A stretch of 8,734 nt of DNA, taken from Octopus sinensis. Its lineage: Eukaryota. The position numbers were made by a program, and so were the translations under genes. Location: positions 1 through 8,734 of the forward strand of contig NW_021828360.1 of NCBI RefSeq assembly GCF_006345805.1. Direction: 5' to 3'. Positions 1 to 7,499 of this stretch are shown in pieces. The stretch's first letter is position 1. Every line of letters starts with the position of its first letter. Below the pieces are notes generated by a model. That model was not told the DNA's origin and did not search any database. It was given only the letters and a program-made list of their open reading frames with translations.

Positions 1-270
1 ATTTAAGTGGCATCTTCTGCCTTTCTCTGACTCCCTTGTTTGCACTTGTGTGTTCGAGGTAGTTGTGAGTTCTTGGTAGGTAGTAGAGGAAAGGGGGGTG
101 GGAGAATCTGGGAGTGCCCTGATGGTCGTATTTGAATGGTCAAAATACGACCATCAGGGCACTCCCAGATTCTCCCACCTCCCTTTCCTCTACTACCTAC
201 AAGAACTCACCAACTACCTCGAACAACAAGTGCAAACAAGGGAGTCAGAGAAAGGCAGAATGCACTAAAT
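1..270. repeat. Long inverted repeat (fold-back): arms 1-135 and 140-270, ~4-nt loop
   Basis: ...GGGAGTGCCCTGATGGTCGTATTT (to 133) is the reverse complement of AAATACGACCATCAGGGCACTCCC... (from 143). Pairing continues out to positions 1 and 270, with one substitution and several 1-2 nt indels. Confidence 0.95.
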
Positions 271-343
271 CTGAACACTACTATAGAAATATTCTTTTAA
301 AAAAACTTTTCTTCTAATTTTTCTAAATTTAATTATTTAATCG

Positions 344-385
344 TTACAGTTGAAAGGTCTCAAATGACCGAAACCGGTACTGAAA
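344..385 (+). ncRNA. Minimal type I hammerhead ribozyme-like motif (Penelope-type), variant core
   Basis: CAG-TTGAAA-GGTC(tcaaat)GACC-GAAA-CCGG-TA-CTG. Helix I is CAG/CTG, helix II is GGTC/GACC, and helix III is the palindrome ACCGGT. The core is one nt shorter than CUGANGA and would need the U3-A8 covariant. Confidence 0.55.
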
Positions 386-456
386 TGTTCACTATAAAAT
401 TATTTTAGCATTTTCTATTTTTGACTTGTTTTTTTCATATATATAATATATATATA

Positions 457-869
457 TACTCTTTTACTCTTTACTTGTTTCAGTCATTTGACTGCGGCCA
501 TGCCCTGGAGCACCGCCTTTAATCGAGCAACTCGACTCCGGGACTTATTCTTTTTGTAAGCCCAGTACTTATTCTATCGGTCTCTTTTGCGAACCGCTAA
601 GTAACGGGGATATAAACACCCAGCATCGGTTGTCAAGCAATGCTAGGGGACAAACACAGACACACAAAACACACACACGCATATATATATATATATTATA
701 CACATATACGACGAGCTTCTTTTCAGTTCCGTCTCCCAATCACTCACAAGGCTTTGGTCGGCCCGAGGCTATAGTAGAAAAGACACTTGCCCAAGGTGCC
801 ACGCAGTGGGACTGAACCCGAACCATGTGGTTGGTAAACGAGTACTTACCACACAACCACTCCTGCGCC
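457..869 (-). mobile_element. tRNA-derived SINE family A, full length (octopus OR-like, CORE-like block)
   Basis: Minus strand starts GGCGCAGGAGTGGTTGTGTGG (A box), then GGTTCAGTCC (B box), CACCTTGGGCAAGT (CORE-like), an internal TA/TG microsatellite and a GAGTAAAA-type repeated tail. Homologous to 4925-5309, 7500-7605 and 8241-8430. The family name is from memory. Confidence 0.9.
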
Positions 870-877
870 TATATATA

Positions 878-953
<76 letters not shown>
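870..953. repeat. (TA)n microsatellite
   Basis: Direct reading. Confidence 0.97.
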
Positions 954-957
954 CTTA

Positions 958-1625
958 ACTTGTCTCTTCCTCTCTCTCTCATTCTTCATTCTCTTCTCTC
1001 TCTCCCTTTCACCATTTTTCATGGTCTCCTCGCACCATTCCCCTTCTTCTCTCTCTTCTCCTCTTGCTCTCTCCCTCCTCCCCCATTCCCGTCGTCCATC
1101 TGCGACGATACTTCTTCCGTCGTAACTGCTATCCGTGTCTTTTTTCTCGCGCCTTCTAAGGCTACTGGCCGACAATTTTTCTCTCCTCGTCGTCCACTAT
1201 AATCCAGTTTGCAATACTTTTTTCGTCTGGCGTTAACAGCCCTTCTTATCTTGTTCTCCTTGTCCTGTCTCTCACTGTTATATATTTATTTTTCCACTGT
1301 TTATATATATATTTTTTACTGTTATATGTTTGTACTGTCGTTACCGTCTTGCTTTTTTGTTACCCCTCTGCGAAAAGATCTCAGAATTTAATTGATTTGC
1401 TTTCGCGGGAAGGAAGTTTTCTTCGAAGTATACGTCTCGCTTTTATCCTTCGAAACGTTTAGTAGATGAAACCTTAGCGACTGAAGAAGGGGATTTTCGT
1501 TGTGCTTATTGTCTGTATCTCTCTCTTTTTTTTGCTTGTCTTGTTCCTTGGTTTGTGTCTTGTGTTTCGTCTCTCTATGTGTTCGACGTCTTTTTGGTGT
1601 CCTGTACACATATATGCGTGTATAT
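958..1625 (+). repeat. Pyrimidine-rich segment, probably a non-coding retroelement (Penelope-like) terminal repeat
   Basis: Strong C/T skew, bounded by TA microsatellites. Contains a hairpin (TCTGCGAAA...TTTCGCGGG, ~1366-1409) and hammerhead core words CGAAACGT and CTGAAGA (1451-1487). The family assignment is inference. Confidence 0.4.
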
Positions 1626-1708
1626 GTACATGTAGAGGTAGGTACGTACATATATGTTTATATATGCTGATGTTCTATTTTATTAACATATATATATATA
1701 TATTACAC

Positions 1709-1765
<57 letters not shown>
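1709..1765. repeat. (AAT)n microsatellite
   Basis: Direct reading; it explains the poly-N in ORF 1502-1771. Confidence 0.97.
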
Positions 1766-1766
<1 letters not shown>

Positions 1767-1839
1767 TGTGAGGGAATATTATTCCAATCTTACAGGGAAA
1801 AATTCAATTTAGAATTACTAAATCAAATTTCACCCCCAA

Positions 1840-2008
1840 ATATAATATATATATATATATATATTATATATATTATATATATATATACGTTTAAATATTT
1901 GTTGTGCAAGATTTTTTATGGCTAAACTGGCAATATGACCATTCCGAAATATAACAATATATATATATATATATATATATAATTATATATATATATATAT
2001 AATATATA
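1840..2008. repeat. Two interrupted (TA)n tracts (~1840-1887 and ~1957-2008)
   Basis: Direct reading. Confidence 0.9.
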
Positions 2009-2167
2009 AATTAGAAAAACAAAACACCTTTTATCAATTCAATAATGAAAAATTAAATTACACCATCTAGAAAATTACATGTTATAGAAAAATTAAATAT
2101 AAGATAAAAAATATAACGTGATTTAAGTAATGTGCAAAATAATAAATAAAACTATATATTTGATAAG

Positions 2168-2281
2168 ATATATATATGTGTGTGTGTGTGTGTGTGAGTG
2201 TATGTATATACATATGTATGTATGTGTGCATAGATACATACATACATACATACATATATACATACATACATACATATATAT

Positions 2282-2354
<73 letters not shown>

Positions 2355-2368
2355 AATAATAATAATAA
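2168..2368. repeat. Compound microsatellite (TA)(TG)(TATG)/(CATA)(CA)(TA) followed by (AAT)n
   Basis: Direct reading; it produces four overlapping spurious ORFs. Confidence 0.95.
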
Positions 2369-2560
2369 GGGTTAAATTAATTAATTAATTAGTAATTAAT
2401 AATTTTACCAAGCAGTGTTCAGTATGTAAAAGGACCATTTACGGTGAATTTAAACATTATTTTATATAATTAGGGTTCAGCAAAAAAATTTTGCTTTACC
2501 ACACACCGAACTTTTAGAAATAGCAGCCAAAAAATTTAGCTATTTCTTCTACTTTAAGAG

Positions 2561-2713
2561 GAGTCTCCCAGATAATGTATACTCAAAAACATTTCACGCC
2601 GGTATAGAGGGGAAAATAACGAAAGTTCACTCGAAAGATTGTTCACTTGAGAACGCGTTTCTAGGTTAACTGGATATAGAGATGCTTTTGAGTATACATT
2701 ATCTGGGAGACTC
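2561..2713. repeat. Inverted repeat, 28 bp perfect (35 bp with 2 mismatches), 83-bp spacer
   Basis: GAGTCTCCCAGATAATGTATACTCAAAA (2561-2588) is the reverse complement of 2686-2713. Confidence 0.95.
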
Positions 2714-2750
2714 GCCCAACGTGCTAACGTTTCTACCAGCTGGGCGCCTT
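2714..2750 (-). mobile_element. SINE family B, isolated 5' head fragment
   Basis: GCCCAACGTGCTAACGTTTCTACCAGCTGGGCGCCTT matches the B heads at 4226-4263 and 6364-6400. Confidence 0.75.
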
Positions 2751-2754
2751 TCAC

Positions 2755-2947
2755 TTCAAATTTTGGCACAAGGCCAGCAATTTCGGGGGAAAGGGGTTAG
2801 TCGATTACGTCGACCTCAGTACTCAACTGGTACCTATAGCGTCGATCCCCAACAGGCGGAAAAGCAAAATTGACTTCGGCGGAATTGAACTCAGATCATA
2901 GAGGACGAGCGAAATGACACCATTTTGTCTGGCATACAAACTATTCT
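2755..2947 (-). mobile_element. SINE family B, diverged copy with alternative tail
   Basis: B-family body (GTCGATTAC...CTGGTAC...GAACTCAG). The tail TTCAAATTTTGGCACAAGG on the + strand is shared with 3409-3619. Confidence 0.85.
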
Positions 2948-3164
2948 TATTTCTTTATTGCCCACAGGGGGGCTAAACAGAGAGGGGACAAACAAGGACA
3001 GACAAAGGGATTAAGTCGATTACATCGACCCAGTGCGTAACTGGTACTTAATTTATCGACCCCGAAAGGATGAAAGGCAAAGTCGACCTCGGCGGAATTT
3101 GAACTCAGAATGTAACGGCAGACGAAATACCGCCAAGCATTTCGCCCGGCGTGCTAACGTTTCT
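2948..3164 (-). mobile_element. tRNA-derived SINE family B (first ~13 nt missing)
   Basis: Minus strand has B box GAGTTCAAAT, central GCCTTTCATCCTTTCGGGGTCGATAAATTAAGTACC (Deu/Nin-domain-like, from memory) and tail ...TGTGGGCAATAAAGAAATA. Confidence 0.92.
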
Positions 3165-3387
3165 TATTTCTTTGTTGCCCACAAGAGGCTACACACAGAG
3201 GGGACAAACAATGACAAACAAAGGGATTAAGTCGATTACATCGACCCCAGCACGTAACTGGTACTTATTTTATCGACCCCGAAAGGATGAAAAGCAAAAT
3301 CGACTCCCGCGGAATTTGAACTCAGGACGAGCGAAATGGCACCATTTTGTCCGGCATGTCCGGCATATTCTGCTAGCTTGTCGCCTT
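3165..3387 (-). mobile_element. SINE family B, chimeric (young-type tail, diverged head)
   Basis: Tail like 2948-3050. The head GACGAGCGAAATGGCACCATTTTGTCCGGCAT is like 2904-2935. Short tandem duplication of TGTCCGGCA near 3348-3365. Confidence 0.88.
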
Positions 3388-3408
3388 CAAATAGCTGTGA
3401 ATATCGAT

Positions 3409-3619
3409 TTCAAATTTTGGCACAAGGTCAGTAATTTCAAGGTAGCAGGTAAATCAATTATATCAGCTCCAGTGTTCAACTGGTACTTATTGTGTCGACC
3501 CCGAAAGGGTGAAAAGCACAGTCGATCTCGTCGGAATTTGAACTCAGTTCGTAGAGACGGAGGAAGAACCGCGAAACATGTTTCCTGACGAGATTTCGAT
3601 TCTGCCTGTTCACCGCCTT
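3409..3619 (-). mobile_element. SINE family B, diverged full-length copy with alternative tail
   Basis: GACCCCGAAAGG...GGAATTTGAACTCAG body, head ending CACCGCCTT, tail as in 2755-2947. Confidence 0.85.
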
Positions 3620-3629
3620 TATGTAGCGA

Positions 3630-3816
3630 TAGGACGTTTGTACGATGACATAATCCAATTGGACCTTTTCTTCGTTGTCTTTTTAAGACGGCAGAGTGAG
3701 GATTGAGACAAGCTGAGTAGCTACATAGAGTCTACCTCAGAATGTATGTTTGTATGTATGAATATGTGTGTATGTGTGTTCACGCCTCTGTGTGTGTGTG
3801 TATTGGGTCATAATAC
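3630..3816 (+). repeat. Duplicated segment, copy 1 (partner starts at 8006)
   Basis: TAGGACGTTTGT...GAGTCTACCTCAGAATGTATGT has 8 mismatches in ~120 bp against 8006-8126 by manual alignment. Both copies continue into TG repeats and TATTGGGTC. Confidence 0.93.
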
Positions 3817-4264
3817 CTATTTCTTTACTACCCACAAGGGGCTAAACACAGAGAGGACAAACAAGGACAGACAAAGGGATTAAGTCGATTATATCGACCC
3901 CAGTGCGTAACTGGTACTTATTTACTTGACCCCGAAAGGATGAAAGGCAAAGTCGACCTCGGCGGAATTTGAACTCAGATCATAGAGGACGAGCGAAATG
4001 ACACCATTTTGTCCGGCATGCAAACTATTCTTATTTCTTTATTGCCCACAGGGGCGGGGGCTAAACAGAGAGGGGACAAACAAGGACAGACAAAGGGATT
4101 AAGTCGATTACATCGATCCCAGCGCGTAACTTAATTTATCGACTCCGAAAGGATAAAAGGCAAAGTCGACCTCGGCGGAATTTGAACTCAGAACGTAGCG
4201 GCAGACGAAATACCGCTAAGCATTTCGCCCGACGTGCTAACGATTCTGCCAGCTCGCCGCCTTA
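3817..4264 (-). mobile_element. SINE family B head-to-tail dimer (3817-4031 + 4032-4263) with 15-bp TSD
   Basis: Two B units flanked by the direct repeat ATTGGGTCATAATAC at 3802-3816 and 4265-4279. The right unit has an intact head, GGCGGCGAGCTGGCAGAATCG on the minus strand. Confidence 0.93.
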
Positions 4265-4559
4265 ATTGGGTCATAATACTGCGGGTAAAAAAGCTCTGGG
4301 AAGGGGCAAAAGGCGGGCACCCATCCACAGGGTTCCAACTACGCATCTGTTGAATGCTGAGTGGTCGGTATACCATTGTTCCAAAATAAGATCTTCGACT
4401 CGAAGACGTCTGATTTAGAGTTTGTAATTATACAAGGAAGTGAGAAATAAAACTTATTTACATTTCAGTGGCAATTTAAAAGCACCAAGAAACCCGAAAG
4501 TATTTGCATTACAGGGGAATGTCTCTATAATTGCATATATTACGTCAGATAAACAATAA

Positions 4560-4682
4560 CACGCGCACACACACATACACGTACACACACATACACGTAC
4601 ACACAGACACACATACGCGCATTCATAGATTATACGCATGTATGTGTGTATGAGTGTGTGTATGTATGTGTGTGCGTATATA
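4560..4682. repeat. Degenerate (CA)n...(TG)n microsatellite
   Basis: Direct reading. Confidence 0.9.
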
Positions 4683-4904
4683 TATTTCTTTACTACCCAC
4701 AAGGGGCTAAACACAGAGAGAGCAAACAAGGACAGCAAACGGATTACGTCGACCCCAGTGCGTAACTGGTACTTAATTTATCGACCCCCGAAAGGATGAA
4801 AGGCAAAGTCGACCTCGGCGGAATTTGAACTCAGAACGTAACGGCAGACGAAATACAGCTACGCATTTCGCCCGGCGTGCTAACGTTTCTGCCAGTTCGC
4901 CGCC
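4683..4904 (-). mobile_element. SINE family B, full-length monomer
   Basis: Runs from head to tail with a small internal deletion in the GTCGATTACATCGAC region. Confidence 0.92.
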
Positions 4905-4924
4905 CATAACTGTATATATAAATA

Positions 4925-5309
4925 TACTCGTTTACTCTTTTACTTGTTTCAGTCATTTGACTGCGGCCATGCTGGAGCACCGCCTTTAGTCGAGCAAATC
5001 AACCCCAGGACTTATGCTTTGTAAGCCTAGTACTTATTCTATCGGTCTCTTTTGCCGAACCGCTAAGTTACGAGGACGTAAACACACCAGCATCGGTTGT
5101 CAAGCGGTGGGGGGGGGAAACACAGACACACTAACACACACACATATACATATATATATACATATATACGACGGGCTTCTTTCAGTTTCCGTCTACCAAA
5201 TCCACTCACAAGGCTCTGGTCGGCCCGAGGCTATAGTAGAAGACACTTGCCCAAGGTGTCACGCATTGGGATTGAACCCGGAACCATGTGGTTGGTAAGC
5301 AAGCTACTT
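4925..5309 (-). mobile_element. SINE family A, 5'-truncated by ~20 nt
   Basis: Colinear with 457-848; lacks the GGCGCAGG...TGG A-box start. Confidence 0.92.
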
Positions 5310-5513
5310 TATTTCATTAAGATTTGCCATAAAGGCATTACAAAGAGCAGCTTGCGGCCTGGACATATACATTGATGAGGTGAATGATGAAACAAGGATG
5401 ATATTGATGAGAGAAGGCAGTAAACGCCCGCCGATTTTCTGCTTCTCTAAAACATTGTTCTTTTTTTTCCATCAAAAACGACAATTATTGGACTTAATAG
5501 TCCATTACAAATA

Positions 5514-5810
5514 TCTTTATATATAAAAGTGAAGTTGTGTGTCTGTCTCCTACGATTTAGATTCCTAACTACTCCCACATTTTGCGGTGCAGTTTAACCA
5601 AAATCGGGTATCTTATAGTCGTGATCATATCGAGCCCTTCTGGATATTAGCGCGCGTACTGATGAGGTCTACAATTAAAAAAAAAAATTTACCATCATTT
5701 TTTCCCATTTTAATGCATTTTTTGCTATTATATAAGGGAAGTAACTCTCTAAAAATGCTTATATAGTTATTTCCCTTACAAACCCGAGCAACGCCGGGCG
5801 ATACTGCTAG
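5514..5810 (+). mobile_element. Non-autonomous Helitron (297 bp)
   Basis: A|TC start (TCTTTATATATAAAA). GC hairpin CCCGAGCAACGCCGGG at 5783-5798, 8 nt before the CTAG|T end. Inserted between A and T with no TSD. These are the canonical Helitron termini. Confidence 0.88.
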
Positions 5811-5845
5811 TATATGATAAATTATTTAATATACAATCTATAAGA

Positions 5846-7499
5846 TCAATCCTCCTCATCGGAGCCCCCAAGCAAATGACACGCCGCCTGCAGGAAAGTC
5901 TGCATCGCCAGGTCGGGGCCCGCAAAGAGGAAAGCAAAATCTTCTTTATTACAGGTTACTATGACCTCGAACAGCTCCTTCTTATTTCTTTTACTATTCA
6001 CAAGGGGCTAAACACAGAGGGGGTCAAACAAGGACAGACAAAGGGATAAGTCGATTACATCGACCCCAGTGCGTAACTGGTACTTAATTTGTCGACTCCG
6101 AAAGGATGAAAGGCAAAGTCGACTTTGGTGGAATTTGAACTCAGAATGTAACGGCAGATGAAATACCTATTTCTTTACTACCCACAAGGGGCTAAACACA
6201 GAAGGGACAAACAAGGACAGACAAGCGGATTAAGTCGATTATATCGACCCCAGTGCGTAACTGGTACTAAATTTATCGACCCCGAAAGGATGAAAGACAA
6301 AGTTGACATCGGTGGAATTTGAACTCAGAACGTAGCGGCAGACGAAATACCGCTAAGCATTTCGCCCGGCGTGCTAACGTTTCTGCCAGCTCACCGCCTT
6401 CTGACTCACGACGTCCGCAGCCACCTGCGGAGGCCAGTCTGGACAGTCTATACAAACCGAGTCCAATCGTTCTCGGCCTGGAAGACCGTCCAAGCACTTC
6501 TCGAGGCCCTTCCCTGTGATAGAAAACGACGGGTTTCACGTCCTCCTCACGGGGAGGGGCCTCAGCACGCTCTGTCAGTGGCACAATTCCCACTGACAGC
6601 CTGACAGCCTCTCGCACCGGTGGGACACCTTCCACCAGAGGAGCATCGGATTTAGTCGGCGGCACACCGTTATCCGCCGACCGTCTCCCGTTTCTCTTCC
6701 TTCTCTTTTTGCTTCTTACGGGTGCGGGAGTCGGAGCCTCCACCGGAACACCCGGGGGCGGGTCCTCCTCCTCTCCCGCAACCTGCGCGTCTGTTGGTGA
6801 GCAACCATTGTTGCTCACCTTTCTTTTCCTTCTCGTTGAGGCATCAGCCTCAACGACTTCCACCGTTTCTCCCTGCAATGGGAGAGCGGAGGACACCGTC
6901 ACCTTTTCCTGCTCCGGGACCTTACCACGGCCCCGGGGGCAGTCCTTCTTAATGTGGCCTGACTGCAGGTACGAGTGATACATGAGGGGGGCGACCCTCA
7001 AGTTTCACTGGATACCTTGAGCCATCCATTTTTAAAAAGTCAGGGAAAGTCATTTTACCTGCGGGCACTGGGGTCCATAGGGTCAAAGTTGCCTTTGCAT
7101 CCTCCCAGTCGACCGCAGGCTTTATCTCTGTATTTAAAAGCCTGGACCCGCTATCCCCCAGGCCCCGCCGGATGGCATCTGCAATCCACCCTGCTTCGGT
7201 GCCCGGAGGAAGACCACATACCCAGGCCCTTATCACCTTATTCCCACGATATGTGGGAAGAAACAAGATCTCCTCCCCTTCCAGGGACTGGCCTGCCACA
7301 GTGCAAGCCTCCTCAGGAGTGTCGAAAAGTAGCCACACCGTGGCGTATTTGACACCCCTGGTTACATAATATTTTTTAGCTGGCAAACATTTTGCCAGCT
7401 CTTTATTAATAATACCCTTGTCGAAGAGGGTGATGGCATCACGCGACCTAGCATAGGTCCGTAGTACCACCGTACTTCTCTCAAGGCTTTCAATCCATT
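5846..7499 (-). pseudogene. Disrupted Tx1/L1-clade ORF1 (gag-like, ZCCHC3-like) zinc-knuckle protein
   Basis: ORF 7536-6949 (RAWVCGLPPGTEAGWIADAI...YPVKLEGRP) shifts frame at a C6 run (~6986-6991) into ORF 7001-6273 (YHSYLQSGHIKKDC, CX2CX4HX4C spacing), followed by a basic, Pro-rich tail. It is interrupted by a SINE dimer at 5983-6400, and GC-rich coding-like sequence resumes at 5982-5846. No ATG start. The family call is by motif recognition. Confidence 0.72.
5983..6400 (-). mobile_element. SINE family B head-to-tail dimer (5983-6167 + 6168-6400)
   Basis: Two B units. CCTTCT is repeated at 5977-5982 and 6397-6402 (a short TSD or microhomology overlapping the SINE start). Confidence 0.93.

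Noticed and set aside
132-317. 61-aa ORF, and a weak GIY-YIG-tail-like reading (PRFSHLPFLYY) in another frame
   Set aside because: Too short, starts inside the fold-back loop, and the resemblance is not supportable without a search.
846-2388. ORFs rich in YI, CV, HT, N or ER repeats
   Set aside because: They are translations of microsatellites and CT-rich tracts.
2682-5375. Mutually similar ORFs (RNWYLIYRPRKDERQ..., QGFGRPEAIVE...)
   Set aside because: They are antisense translations of SINE A and B copies, not a gene family.
5660-5672. CTGATGAG hammerhead core word in the Helitron
   Set aside because: No helix II or downstream GAAA follows it.
2948-6400. Recurrent GTCGAC...CCCCGAAAGGATGAAAGG words resembling a CRISPR array or ribozyme repeats
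   Set aside because: They are internal parts of ~220-bp SINE copies. There are no unique regular spacers, no cas genes, and no CUGANGA core in the right place.
6273-6400. C-terminus of the 242-aa ORF (GGELAETLARR...)
   Set aside because: Read-through into the inserted SINE B.
6319-7369. Plus-strand ORFs over the GC-rich region
   Set aside because: Antisense shadows of the ORF1-like sequence with no recognisable motifs.
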